Shown: piece by piece, positions 38,904-54,552 of the stretch
Numbering within the stretch: the stretch's first letter is position 1
Layout of the letters: every line of letters begins with the position of its first letter
NCBI RefSeq assembly: GCF_009914755.1
Contig: NC_060936.1
Reading direction: 5' to 3' (one strand)
DNA from: the human T2T-CHM13v2.0 reference genome, Homo sapiens
DNA: 64,000 nt
Made by a program: the position numbers and the translations under genes
Notes under the pieces: generated by a model
What the model saw: only the letters and a program-made list of their open reading frames with translations
Told to the model about the DNA's origin: nothing
Databases searched by the model: none

Positions 38904-41516
38904 AATGACACTTTCCCTTCCTGAGAGGCATCTTTTAAATCCAGTCTCTTGATTTGTGCCAAATAGAAACCCAAAAAAGACCTTTAATCCTTTGTCCATT
39001 GGATGTGATGACTTTATATGTAAGTGTAGCTTCAGTTTATTTTGGAATAGTGACCTTTTTTTTAATATACTGTTTTATGAGAGGAAATAAACTCCTTCCA
39101 GAATTTTCTCACTTAAAATAACTTCACATCTTAATTACGAATAGGATAAATATCTATTGTGAACTACATGAGAAAGCTGACCCAACTCGAATAACCTCTA
39201 CCTGGTATCCTTTCTGCAACAATCCAAATAAGTTAAAAGAGTTTTTGTTTAGATAAGCTGTAAAAATGATAAATCTATCTTTGGTCCTCAGTTGAAACTA
39301 CCACCACTCATTTGATTGTGATTCTCATTCTTAGCCAAAGAATATCAAAACCAAATGTGAAGCTTTTCATACTTACAGATGCCTGGGCCCCCATCCCTGG
39401 TGGTTTTGGGTCTGGCATAGTCTTCAGGCATCTGTTTGCATTAAGTTCCATTGCCAGGGTTCAGACCTGCCATTGGGGACCCAGTCCTGTTTTGTTCTCA
39501 ACAAACATTTATTGGGTAGTTAACCATGTGCCATGTTAACCTGTGTTAAATGCTAGGAATGGAAAAATGAGTATGTTCCTTCTCAGGAGAGCTCTTAGAC
39601 AACAAGCAAAGAATGTCAATGAAATTTTTAAGTGCTCAGTGTTCCAGGCCAGAGTACAGAGGGAGGGACACTTTGCTGTCTTTCAGTCCTTTCTTTTTAA
39701 TTGTATTGATTCTTTTCCTCGGTAATAAATAAGTCCATCCTAGTTTTATTAAGAAAAAGACAGGTACAAGCCAAATTGTATTCATTTAATCATATTCGAT
39801 TTCAAACAAATAGGTTCTGTGTATGTGTTTGCAAATCAGGTGCAGCCTTTCGGGTTGCTTGACAAGTTGCTTGGGCAGCCCTTAGACTATAAAGTTTCTA
39901 CGTCATTGATTTAAGGGTGTTTTAAAATGCGATAGGCTAGCTTCCAGACCATGATTAGTGTCACTCCTGAGAAGTAGAGGTTTAATATTTCATAACTGAT
40001 TTCATTGCAGATTTATGTCTTCCATATTCTCTTTAAAAAAAAAAAAGATAAACTTATGTTAGAACCTCTCTGGAAACAGACTTGCTGACACAAACTGAAC
40101 TGTATAGGAAATCTGTAAGAAGCACTGCCTAATTGACAAAAATGGTCCTATGATTAACATGTATGCTAATATCAACTAATTGATTTTTTTGGCTTATTCT
40201 CAACAAATAACCTCATCCTACTTAACCCCCTACTACCTTACAGAGTCATAGCTTGGGCTCCAGAGTAATAGCAGATATGGTTGGAATCCGTGCACTGCTA
40301 CTGCTTAGTTGTGTGACGTTGTGTAATTGAGGCAGGGAAACCAGTTAAAAGACTTTTACTGATATTTCCTGTGAGAATTGATAAGGGTCTAAACTGAAAC
40401 AAGTGAGAGTGCAGTGGAAAGAGTGCATGTGAGGGGGTAAGGAAGGTAAGGAGGTAGAATTGTCAGGACTTAAATATTGATTGGGTGTGGTGTGGCCAGG
40501 GAATGGTGGAGTTTGGATTAAACTATAAGGTTTCCTGCTTGGGTTGATAATAGAATATATTCATTTAATGTCTCCCTTCTCTAGCATTCTGTTAGCAGTC
40601 ATCTGCTGGTGCAACCAGTCATAGCCCTGAGTGATAAAACGTGAGAGATTTAGTACTCAGGCTCTGAGGTGTTGTTTTGACCACTACCATCTACAGATTC
40701 CCAACTCTACTGGATAGTCAGGTTCCTGAAACATGTAAATCCAGATAATCAGAGTTTTATTGTATATGGAACATATCTTTCATTTCCTAATGGATCCAGG
40801 GACATCATTTACGAATATCAGATATTGGCTGAATTCAGCTGTGTTATGATCAACCTTAAAGACTACTGGACTATGAGGAGCCCCTCACGGTGTTTTTCTA
40901 CTGCCCTTATGTAACTGGTCTGCCAGCTTTTTAGAACTGTGTGTGCCTGCAACTTAGAAAAAAAATCCCACAGTTAAATTGGTTAAAACAACTGTCAACT
41001 TTCCTTGCTTTTTTGCTGCCAGTTTGGTTAGGGTAACCTTGCAGCCTTGCTGATTCTGTCCTTTGATTTTAAATGCACGTGTCTTTTGAACCTCAAGATG
41101 AAGGCTGAGAAGTGACTCTACAGGCTTACTTGTGGAAATGTAGAATGAGTGGGCTTTGCTTTTGTGATCTGTTTTCCTATTTATTGACACCTTCCTTGTT
41201 TATTCCAGGTTCACAGCTATAGTCTAGATGGTGGAGGTTTATGACTTTCCAATAAGTGAAATGTTAATGAGGGTTATTAACCCTCACTAGTGTCTGTTTG
41301 GAAGTAGTGACATTCTTCCAAAAATCTTGGAAAAGTTGTTTTGTAGTGTGAATGAGCATGAGTCACTGATCTAAGCCCTTTCACTGGATGAAGTGAAAAG
41401 ATTTTTTTTCAACAAAAGAGGGAGAGAGAGAATCAAGACTCTGATAAACATAGTACTATTTTTAAAAGAAATCCAATAACAATAAAGATTGTTCTATTCT
41501 CTGCCTTCCCATTTAG

Positions 41517-41666
41517 ATAGGGTTTAAACCAGCAGGAGGCATCCGCAGTGCAAAGGATTCCCTTGCTTGGCTCTCTCTTGTAAAGGAGGAGCTTGGAGAT
41601 GAGTGGCTGAAGCCAGAACTCTTTCGAATAGGTGCCAGTACTCTGCTCTCGGACATTGAGAGGCAG
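41517..41666 (+). CDS. DERA: DERA penultimate coding exon (150 nt, phase 0-0): IGFKPAGGIRSAKDSLAWLSLVKEELGDEWLKPELFRIGASTLLSDIERQ
   Basis: ctgccttcccatttag acceptor, CAG|gtgagt donor. Contains GFKPAGGI (second catalytic Lys, K254) and the RIGAS phosphate-binding motif typical of DeoC. In frame with the previous exon. Confidence 0.97.
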
Positions 41667-41974
41667 GTGAGTAATCATCTCTGTCTTTGGAATAAATTAA
41701 CAAGTGTTTTTTGAGAAAGGAATTGAAAAGTCAAATTGAGAACTGGAGATAAAAACTCATCTGATTGACCTCATCCTACCCAATCCTCTACCTTTTCTTC
41801 CAAGCAAACCGCCATCAGAAGTGAGTAGGGTGGAGATTCTGCTGAAGCACATACTAGTGAGGCTTTCTAATGAAATGTTCATTAAAACTATTTATTATTA
41901 TTTGATAGTATAATTATTAACTGATGTGTATAATTATAGAATGATTGTTAATTAAACTCTGCTTTTCCTCACAG

Positions 41975-42031
41975 ATTTACCATCATGTGACTGGAAGATA
42001 TGCAGCTTATCATGATCTTCCAATGTCTTAA
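41975..42031 (+). CDS. DERA: DERA last coding exon, coding part: IYHHVTGRYAAYHDLPMS*
   Basis: ctctgcttttcctcacag acceptor; in-frame continuation; TAA at 42029-42031; matches the human DERA C-terminus as I recall it. Confidence 0.95.
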   Translation: MYHHVTGRYAAYHDLPMS

Positions 42032-42665
42032 ATCAGTCACCAGTTCCAGAAAAGTTCTTTACGACAATGTTTAAAAATTATTTTTCTACGTAATTGCTAA
42101 AATTATTTAATTAAAAAATTGGGCAGTAGGTAACTGGCATTCCTCTCTTTAAAATTTCTACCGAACTTAATGGAATGGAAAAAGCAAACTCATCCACATG
42201 TGGTACTCATTTCAGGCACATCTGAAATGATCTTAATTACTAGAAGATCTGCACTATTAACTTTGTGAAGAGTTTCTCCTAAAAACTTTAAGTAAAATGT
42301 TAATGGTAGCTTTGATAACATCAAATTCTAAGGGAGAAAAAAACAATATTAAACCGCCCAAGCAGTGTGCCCTAGCAGAGGAAAATGCAACATCTCGCAA
42401 GCGCTGCTGTAACGACTTCAGGAGTCACTGATTCAGCACTAATTTCCTGCTGTGAAAACTCATCTTTCATTTTTGCCGTGGATAGGCGCTTTTATTAATT
42501 GTTGTCCTAATGAAATTTCTGACATTGTCATATACAACGATGAATATCATTAAAATTTTTAAAATAATAAAGTTCCTATAGTTTATTTTTTTAAAAAACT
42601 TAAAAATTGTTACAATACATAATGAAAAAATAATCCATTAAACATAAAAAGAGGTTTGATCAGTG
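42032..42665 (+). other. DERA: DERA 3'UTR (3' end approximate)
   Basis: Follows the stop codon; AT-rich and repeat-free; ends in a cluster of poly(A) signals. Confidence 0.75.
42549..42642 (+). terminator. Poly(A) signal cluster: ATTAAA 42549-42554, AATAAA 42566-42571, ATTAAA 42637-42642
   Basis: Hexamers read directly; a U-rich tract (gtttattttttt) follows the AATAAA. Which one is used cannot be determined from sequence alone. Confidence 0.7.
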
Positions 42666-45600
42666 AGTCTCTGAATCTCTCTAGTTGATTCCTTGGGTAT
42701 ATATCTGTAAAACACCCCAGTATGTTATTAATGAATGCAACTTATGTATGTGTTCTGAAACTTCAAATTTTCTGGTATAGTGAATGGAGGAAAACAGTAG
42801 ATATTAACAGCACTTGCTGTGTAATAAGCTTTACATATATCAATTTATTTAACTCTCATTTAATCCTCATAATAGTAAGGTAAATACAGTTAAGGGTTTT
42901 GCTTCTTATAGCAGTAAGTACTCATGTAAACATCCTTTTATACAGACAGGGGAATGAGGAACAAAGAGTTTAAGCAACGTGCCAAAGGTTGCTCAAAATT
43001 AGCAGAGTTAAAAATCAAGCCCAAGCAGACAGGCTGGCTCCCAAGTGCGTGCAGTCACCCCCATGTCTCCCTGTCCCTCGGTACACATAGTCAGGTGTAC
43101 ATAAACAGAGCTCCCCATCAGCTGAGAGGACGGTAATCTGCCTCATGGTGGCTGGCTTTTTTGCTCTCTGTCTGTCCCAGCCTCGCTCTTCCGGAGATTC
43201 TGCTTGCTAGCACCTCTACCACGTTACAGAATGTGTTTCTTTGAATGGTGATTTTCATCAGGAGAGTCTTTTTCTTCCCTGAATGGCTCTCTAGTTGCTC
43301 ATAAGCAAAAACCTGGACTGGAAGTCAGTTTTGGTTTCATCTTCTCACCTGCTGAATTCTAGCCTGAACTCTCCCTCTTTCTGACTTTGACTCCTTGGTC
43401 CAGTCAGTTCACATCTCTTGACCTCAGTTTCTTCATCTGTAAAGTCATTGGGTTGGGGCAAATGATATCAAAGTTCTTTCAGACCTAAAATTATATTACC
43501 CTAAGGATAATTAGAACAAATTCAAGAAAATGTTTTATGGCTAAAAAGAGAAAACACTTTTGTACCAATCTAAATTAGAATTTGCCTCTCGGGAGACAAT
43601 TTAGCAAGTCCCTCAGAGCACCTCTCTAACTGTAAATGAAATGACTAAAATAAGAATAGAAAAGAAATTCTGTTTTTCCCCAGTGCCTTAGCAGGATGCC
43701 AACTTTTGACTTGTGCCTTTGGATATGGTCAGTGGCTCCGAACGCCATATCCAGCCTCACAATATGCTAGCCCAGGTGCCCACCAGTGCAATGGCCAGTC
43801 ACCTTTGGAGAAGAAACATTCCAGAAAAATAATTACAGTCTATCACCTTTGAAGCTATTCCAATTTCACAGGGGTTTCTGTTTTCCTCCCATTAAACCCA
43901 GCTGGTCATTTTAGTTGATCAAGTGAACAGGTATCATTATCTTCAATTTTAATTTATATGAGGCATCCACTGAAATTGACCTCTGTGGACAATTACAGAT
44001 TCACATAGGAAATTAAGACTAGTGAGTCCCTCAGACCTATTAGAGGCTGATGAGCATGGCCTGATCTAAAGGTAAGTAATGTTATATTTGGGGGGCAAAT
44101 TTATTCCAAGGACTGTGGGGCTCTTCATCTGGGAATGTCTGCCCATCCTTACCTGGCTCTTGAAATCAAATGTAACACAGATGACTTTAATAGGAACACC
44201 CTCATTAATGTTGATTGCTATGAAAACATAAGAGGAAGAGGTCATTTCTGAGGTGACTATGATTTACTACAAGCTGATTTGTGTACTTCAGAACATTGGG
44301 ATCAGATGCTTTACACAATCAGAAAACGACCTTCTATGTTCTGTGTTTAAAGCTTCTAAGTTAATAAAGCACCCTGCCTTGTTGCAATTGTTCAGTAAAG
44401 CATATTAGGCTTTAAAGTTATTTTTGAAACTATCAGTCATAATTTGGGAGCATAAAGAGACTTTAGAGAACATCTAGTAACACTGTCTTTTTTTTACATT
44501 GAGAAAAGAAGCAGACTGGAGAAGTCACTTGTGCAAGGTCACATAGAATGTCAGAGCTGATGCCAGAACGTACATCCCTACCACATGACGAAATATTTTA
44601 CAACACATACCCTGGTCTTTGGAACTGAAAATTCCTTGCTTGTTTATGCACCCTGCTATACCTAATCATGTTTGTCAGCATGTGAACTTAAGACTTACAA
44701 GAGATTCACTTTTGAGTCTTCAAAATGGTGTTTTAGAGACCAACCTTCTCAATCTAGCCCAAGTGATAGTTTGATAGCATGGTTGATTTCATCTGTTAGA
44801 ATCTCAGAATTTTGGATGACCTCTAGAACTGATTTTTTTAAAAGGTTGAATGTTACTTTGTTTTGTTTTAAGGAAGAAAAAGACACGGGGGCTTGTTTGG
44901 ATTCTAATTTGTATACACGTGGAAAGGAAATGACATGTAGTCACAAAACAGTTTGATAATTAAAGTATTCTTGCCTCATTCTGGATTATTTGAACACTAA
45001 TGAGAAATTCAGACAAATTGGTTCACATGAAAAATAATTTGTAAAGAGACCTGTGGTAGCAGTGGGAACTGTTACAGATATCTGGAAGTGCATCCTCACA
45101 ACAACATAACACAGTCTCTGAGCAGAACAGTTTGCTATGTCATACATACATGTCTTACAGAAACCAAATCTGTTTCTTTGGAAAAATTAACTTACACTTC
45201 TAGTACAGAGAGAAGCCAGCATTAATTTTTCTTCCATCAACCTGATATTGTACACATCATAAATAGGGCCACAGTGCAGAGGTATAAAGAAGAAGAAATA
45301 ATTTGAGTAGGTCTTACCTTCCAAGACAGTGAAATGTTATGCCCATTTTGGTGCTACGAAAAAGGTATGAGGTGAAATCAATTTCTACATTTATTTTCCT
45401 GATCACACTCAGGAGTTCTGCCTCCCAAAGAAAATATGTATTTTATAACCACCACCAAATGATCCTTTTTAGAAATGACCACAGGTAACATCTGGCTGAT
45501 ACATAAAATATGTAGTAAAAATAATCATTTTTAATTAACTAAAACCTGCTCAGGAGAGAGTCAGAGGAATATCCATCTGGTCAATTCACACTTAATAGGA

Positions 45601-45869
45601 CAGATGAGGATCAGGATGTTTAATGCAATATACGTGAAATACTTACTGACCTTAACAATGAACTAAAACTTTTTATTGGGAAAAAGAACACAGATGAGGA
45701 GGAAGAATTGGAATATCTAGAAAGGACAGACCTAAAATTTGATATTTTTAGAAGTACGTCTTGTAAAACAGGTAGAATATAAGAAACCTAGGTCATATGG
45801 CATTAGTTTCTGTTTTCCAATGACAGGGAATGTTTTCATTTGCACAATAAAATAAGGTTATACTTTATT

Positions 45870-46180
45870 CTGGAGATTGGCAACGAGTTTTAAGAAGTGC
45901 TAAGTATCTTATAAGAAGTGATGATAAGTAAAAGGAACTGGGATTATTTAGCCTGAAGAGAAGATCAAAGGGTACTTAATGTCTGACAATCCCAGGAAAA
46001 GTTACTTCTATATTAGAGTTTAGTAACACAGTCCTGTATCTCCTCTGTTGAAGAAGAAATGGAATTTATGCTACATGTGAAGTTAGGTTAGTTCTAGGTA
46101 AGGACTCCCTTAATGGACTAGAATGTGTTATTAAGAAGGTACATCTTACTATTCTCAGTAGTAGACTTGTCTTTGTGTTT
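45870..46180 (+). mobile_element. CR1/L3 3' fragment
   Basis: aaaggaactgggattatttagcctgaagagaagatcaaagggtac (resembles the CR1 'LkELGLFSLEKRRL' region). Confidence 0.55.
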
Positions 46181-46207
46181 GATGGTTTAGTTGTGCTGCC
46201 AAAAAAA

Positions 46208-46376
46208 GTGTTTCTCAAATGGAATCACTGGGAGGATTATATGAAATAAGTCTGATCTCCACCCCCAGAATTTCCAATTCAGTAAGTTAGCTGTAAAGCC
46301 TGAGAATTTGTATTTCCAACAAGTGCCCAGGTGATGCTGATGCTGTGCTCCAGGAACCACACTTTGGGAACCACTA
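46208..46376. mobile_element. MER5A
   Basis: agtgtttctcaaa...aacaagtgcccaggtgatgctgatgctg...accacactttgggaaccact. Confidence 0.75.
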
Positions 46377-47101
46377 CATTAGAAATCTTTGCACTCAATA
46401 CCTGGATTCCAAATTAAATGCATCTATTAAGCAGTAAAATCCACCAGCTGCAGCACTTCTTTATCATGAAGCTCTAGGATAAATGTGTATATTTTGCTGC
46501 TTTTCATAGCCAAGAACAGGAGAGGGGACAATGGAAATGACATTATCCCTTAATCCTTTCACACTAGGCAATGAACTTGATTTCACTTTGGGTTTAAAAG
46601 CAAGCTTTGGAGCCTAGAATAAATTAGATGAATTTAGATGAATTTAGAATCATTATCCATAAAATCTCCAAAGGATTTTAGCAAGCCAAGATTGTAAGAT
46701 TCAGCTGTATTTGATTCTGCCAGTCTGGAATGCTATAATTTTTGGTGATTTATTTATAATATACATTAAAATCAAGACATATTTTAACAGAGCCCATTCT
46801 TTAACTTAGAATAGATAAGATGTTTTAGGGAATGGCATGTTTCACAGATACTTGGCTTATTTTGAAAGTACTGTGTAGATGGTCTCTAGAGCACATGAAA
46901 ATGTTAGTTCCTTGGTCTTTTCCATATAAAAGCATGTTTTAAATTTGGTTTTTGCTTTTAAGTGTTTGCTTTGCCAGTGCTATACTGCACGTAGGTACGG
47001 TTCTTAATTGTAAGCAACAGAACTCTACCTAGTTTAAGCAAAAAAAATTCTTAAATCATGCTGTCTTACAGAATATGTAGGATGGCCAGATAGTGGGAAA
47101 T

Positions 47102-47504
47102 TTTATTAGACCGTTCTTGCATCGCTATAAAAAAATACCTGGGACTGGGTAATTTATAAAGAAAAGAGGTTTAATTGGCTCATGGTTCTGCAGGCTTTAC
47201 AGGAAGCATAGTGCTGGCATCTGCTCAGCTTCAGAGAGGCCTCAGGAAACTTACAATCATGGCAGAAGGTGAAGGGGAAGCAGGTACATCACATGGTGAA
47301 AATAGGAGCAAGAGGCAGAATGGGGAGGTGCCACACACTTTTAAATGACCAGCTCTTGAGAGAATTCTTTATGGCAAAGACAGCACCAAGCCATGAGGGA
47401 TCTGTCCTGATGACCCAACCACTTTCCACCAGGTCCCACATTCAGTATTGGGGATTATAGTTCAACATGAGATTTGGGCAGGAAAAAATATCCAAACTAC
47501 ATCA
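47102..47504 (-). mobile_element. MSTA/B solo LTR, apparently inserted in an older MLT1 remnant (~47000-47880)
   Basis: Termini t(t)tattag...aaactacatca; TSD GAAAT 47097-47101 / 47505-47509. Confidence 0.85.
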
Positions 47505-47929
47505 GAAATAGAGGCAGCTTGGTAAGAATAATGCCCAAACCACTCTTTAGAAAACTGCTCTTAATCGCTTCTTGGTCTTTTGGCTAAGATGAAGTGTAGA
47601 CCTGATGGTACTGCCTCAGGGCACTTGATACCAGAACCCCTGCCTTTGCCTTCCCTGAAAGTTGGGTTTATCCCAGTGGCCAAAGATGAATTCCTCATGT
47701 TGATCTCTTGGGTATCCAGTTCCTGTCTGGTTATGTCTAATTGTTACAGTGTTGGCCACATCCCTGTACCTTAGCTGCAAAGGAAGCTGAGAAAGCCAAG
47801 TTTTGGCTGCCTTCTTGGGGAAAGGGGCATATCATGTTCAAAAGATAGAGGATGGTCAAGCATCATCACAGTTGTCAACTACAATATAACGAGGTGGTAC
47901 TGGAGAGACAGTTAATGCTTTGTATTAAG

Positions 47930-49700
<1,771 letters not shown>

Positions 49701-52189
49701 TGGCAAGAGGTTTGTGTGGAATAAATGCTACATCTGTCCATATTCTAGGCTGGCAGGAATTCTTATTGTTCACAGAGACATACGTTGTTTATGACACAGG
49801 ATTATGTATTTGAGTGAATTATTTTGGCCTTAACTCTCCCTTGCCACCAGAGATTAGCAGCTTTAGGGCTACTCACAATGCATTTCTATTCTCTGATTCT
49901 GCCTCAATAACAGGCTGCTTCCTACAAATATGGAGTTGTCATACGCTTTTTCTGTTAGCCCCACCTCTCTTGCTTCTCTTCTATGTCAGATTGGGTGCAG
50001 GGAAACCTGCTGTCAGCCCATGCACCTATCTCCATTGATTCATAGAAGTTCTACACTTGTTTTCCTGGAGGATGCCACCTGTTTTGATATGCTGTCTTTG
50101 CCTGAAGCCAAGGAGTTGGAATTTGTATACATGTTACATTTGAATAGGAAGATTTATGTTTGGAATGCATACAAATTCTGATTCACGTTGAAACAGTAGT
50201 AGACACAACAGCAAGTTTAAAACTAAAATGCTAAGAAATGGGGAGGTTAAGTGGCAATGCCTGAGGCATCTGTTATTATTCTGTATTTTTCTCTCAGATA
50301 AAACTTATCCCCATTGGAATGTGGAGGGGAATAATTAATAAAATTGGATCGGGAAAGTGCCTGAGATGTAGAAGCTGTTTGAAAAGTTCTAGTTAAGTCT
50401 TTCTACCACCATGATGACACTACAAAAAATTGTTAACAAAAATATAATTTTTTTAATGAGTATAAGCATGCTTTTTCTGCTTTAGTTTTACCTACTGGGC
50501 ATCTTTTAAGCTCATCACTAAGCAACATCAGAAAAGAAGATTCAAACTTGGAAGCCAACTCTCACTTTTCTGACTTAACTATAACAACTGGTTTCTATCA
50601 TTCTTTGTATCATTCTTATAAAATGATTGCCCTGTGTCTTTTTCTGATTCCTCTTCTACGGCAGGAAGGTTGCAAGGCCAGGAGGAAGTGGAGAGTGGGA
50701 GGGGGTCTAGGTTAAGTAGTTCTTATAAAGCAGAATTGGCAGAGGGGTCTCTAACCTGGAGCTTTGCAAGTCTGGAACTCAAGAGTGAGGAGAAATCTGA
50801 GTCAATAAGGGGCTCTAAATTGGTCAAAAAAAGCACAAGCTTGGGGTGAGTATAGGGAGCCAGGCTTTAAACTAGGAGATTGCAGAAGAAGGAATTGGGG
50901 GCCCGTGGCAAACAAGTCAGGCAGGGGTGGCCTAGGACAGCGCATTGGCCTGCGTATCCTTCCTTCATCATGATGGCACACCAGACCCAGAACTTGTAAA
51001 TGGACAGCGGCAGAACAGATAATCTTGTGGCAAGTTTATTTCTCTGCATTGTCTTTCTGCCTACCTTGAGTGGGAGCTCTTTGAGGGGTCAGCCTGTTGT
51101 AACCAGCTTTCAACTCCTTAAAGCATCCAGCCAAATATCTTAGTAGGTGCTCCAAATGTATTTTTTAAGCAAATTTAAAAGATAATTATGATTTGGGACT
51201 AATACAGGGAAGATGTGATTATAATGTGAGACCCAGTCCACAAGATAACCATAAATATTAGTACCATCGAGGTAGACAAAAGTGCAGCTTTGCTAGTGAA
51301 TTAACTTTCAAAGTATACGTGTGAAACATGTTTTTAGAGGAGTTTTCATAAAATAACCACACCTGAAGTTTGATATATATTAATATGGGAGGGGGCTACA
51401 ATTTACCAATGGCTTTTCTAAGTTCAGTCTGCTAAAACCTGCTGGATACGTTGCAAATGTATGAAAAATGGTTTAGTTTGGGGAAACAATTTTTATTCAT
51501 TAAGCTGTTTGTTTTGATAGATAAAAAAACACGTCTTTTTTAAACCAATGTTTATTTCATGTTTTGAGTGGCAGCAAAAATAATTGCATGTTTGAAATCT
51601 TTGAAATATGTTTTAATGCTTTTAAAATGACTTAAGAGTAAATGTGCCAAATTTACCCACTGCTTAAGCCATTCCAAGGTTGAAAGTTTGTTTGCGTTTC
51701 CAAGCTTTATGGAACTAGGTAATATGTTATTGGATTATGTCTTTTAAACTGCAGTCAGTGTCTGTATCCTGGTGGACTGATTAGAACTGTTGACACACCT
51801 AGAGTAAGATTTTGCAAAGAAGAGATAGTACAGTTGTGTGAATGCTTGATTTGAGCTTTAAAAAAATGGATGTGAATTTTTTGAATATAATAGAATTATG
51901 CAAACATGGTCTTGTAATGGAATTTCAGTTGGTAGATTTAGTATGTATATACCTGGTATTTATGCTTAGAATTAGTTTTCAAAAAATCCTGACTGCCGTT
52001 CTAATTTAAAAGATCTTTTTGTTTTGATGAGACCAGGTATTTAAAAGGTTTGAATGAGGTCTATAAAATTCAGACCTAAGAAGAGGTTCCAGTGTTTTGT
52101 GAGTGCCTAGTAACATATTGTAAGTTACTGGGAGTTCATGGAATTGTAGAATTCCTTGGACACGTATTTGCTAACTAGTAATTCATAAT

Positions 52190-52415
52190 TTACTGCACAC
52201 TTAGTAAGTGGTGGGCACTGTTCTAAGTGATTTAAATATATCAGCTATTTGCTCCTCACAACAGGCCTGTGAGATCGGTATGATTATGATCATCATTTTA
52301 TAGATGAGTTGACGAAGGTAGAGAAATTAAAATACTTTGTCTTAAGGCCATGTATATAGACAAGATCTGAGGCCAGTTATTCTGCCTCCTGTCTCTGTGT
52401 TTTTAGTTACTATGA
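52190..52415 (-). mobile_element. MIR
   Basis: ctcctcacaacaggcctgtgagatcggtatgattatgatcatcattttatagatgag. Confidence 0.65.
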
Positions 52416-54120
52416 GCTAGGCATTGTTTTGAAATGATGCTTTTGCACCACACTTCTAAGAAAAGGAAACTCACCAGAATTATAGCATTTCAGGGGGTAA
52501 AAAGAGACCCCCAAAGGTCATTTAATCTAAACATCTAGCCAATGATCATGTTCTCAAGCAGTCTGCAGGCTGCCATGGAGATGGGGAGAAATAGCAATGA
52601 AGTGGAATCTCTATAATGAGCTGTTAAGGGACAGAAACAATGCCCTCCTTCCAGGTTAAACATGTTCTATCAGGCTTTTATTATATTTACTGCTGGGTCT
52701 TAGGATCTGGGATTCGGCCCATGTTATTTCCAAAGCCTTATAAAATGAGCCGTGGTACTGCAGGTTTCTACCATTATAGCTGTAAATACAAAACACACAA
52801 ACACTCAAAGGCATCCACCCAAGTATAAAATTACTAGGGAGATAGGAAGGATGAAAAAATGAATTGTTGGGCTTGGGAGATAATTACTGGTGACCTTGGT
52901 CTGGCTAGATCTTGACAGGAAATGAGAGTAATTTCAGGGTCAGGGTGAAAGTTGAGTAGAGATTTGTGAGGGTCAACTGGTGTAGAAAGATTTCAGATGG
53001 TGCAATGACATGCGTAAATTATTATTTGGTGGAATAAGGGTGTCTGTGTACTTGGTGCTTCTAAATTTGTTGAAAGAATAAATGTAGGGAACAAAAATCT
53101 GACAACTGTATCAGAGATGCTGTCATAGATATCTTTTCCCAAACTTTTTCAAAGTAGAAATAGTATCTTATTTGTATTTGTATCCTCGGTGCCATGTATG
53201 TATGTCTTAATATGACTTGAATTTATTTATATGTAAAAAATGCTCTACGGGTGGAGGGGAGAAGACATCAGGAGGTTAAAGCTTCATACAAGAGGTCACG
53301 CTTAAGTATGACTAGGCATTTTGTAGGTAGAGAATATTGGTTGTACTGTGTGTATGTGTGGGGAGTGGCTGAGAGAGACGCGGCAGTGGGAGATATGATT
53401 CATCTCCATTCCTGTTTCCTTTTGTGTGAAAGAAAGCAATTAGGGTACCACTCCTGGTTGCTTTTTCAGTCATCCTTCCTGTAAACCAAAAATAAAATCC
53501 TAAGCCTCCCAACCGACTGAATGGCCCGCATCTGGGCCAAGGGGATCTCAGAGATACCTGAAAAACTGAATTCCCACCCGTGAAAGGAAGGGAGGTTGGA
53601 CACATCTCAAACCCCCTCCCTTCTAAGGTTTAGGCATAACTAGGCAGCATTAACATTAGAGATCATAAGCCTGACAAAACACACTCTTTGTGGCAGTAAG
53701 ATACCAAATTCAAACCTGATTCTGATATAACATCATATAACAAATAGCAGACCCTGAAGGAAATAAAAATGCTTTAGCCCAAAATGTATTTCTTTGGCAT
53801 ATTTTGAAATGGCCTTGCAAAGCTGTCTTTTGTGGGAGAAATTTGCATCTATAGAGAATCTCTGTTAATATGGCAGGTCTCTCTGGGATCTAGGAGAGAT
53901 TAAGCGTTTGACACTCTTTAAGGTACGAAAGGAGATATTCACCATACATTCTCTCTGAAGGCTGTTATCTGGAGGCTTCATCTACATGACAACCTTGGTC
54001 TCCACAACACCCCCCTTATCTTAATCCAAACATTCCAGTCTATTGACATCCTCTTTACATGAAGCTTAACCAATGGCCAAACAGAAAATCTTTAAATCTG
54101 TCTATGATCCATATGCCCCA

Positions 54121-54525
54121 TGATATGATTTGGACCTGTGTCCCCACAACTCTCATGTCAAATTATAATCCCCAGTGTTGGAGGTGGGGCCTAGTGGAAG
54201 GTGATTGGATCATGGGGGTGGAGTTTTAGCCCCATCCCCGCTTGGTACTGTATAGTGAGTGAGTTCTCAGGAGACATGGTTGTTTAGAAGTTTGTGGACC
54301 TCCCCACTTCTCTCTTCCTTCTGCTCCAGCCATGTGAAGTGCTATTTACCCCTTTGCCTTCCGCCATGATTATATGGTTCCTGAGGCCTCTCCAGAAAGT
54401 GAGCAGATGCCAGCATCATGCTTCCTGTACAGCCTGCAGAACTGTGAGCCATTTATACCTCTTTTCTTTATAAATTACCCAGTTTCAGGTATTTCTTTAT
54501 AGCAGTGCAAGAATGAACTAATATA
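54121..54525 (+). mobile_element. MSTA-like solo LTR nested in the MER4-group LTR
   Basis: tgatatgatttgg...actaatata; flanks cccca / cccct. Confidence 0.85.
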
Positions 54526-54552
54526 CCCCTCAACTTCAAGATACCGTGCCTC

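Noticed and set aside
39590-39810. 3'UTR-like stretch with AATAAA at 39724-39729 (intronic poly(A) site or retrocopied UTR?)
   Set aside because: No poly(A) tail, TSD or identifiable parent; AATAAA is frequent in this AT-rich window.
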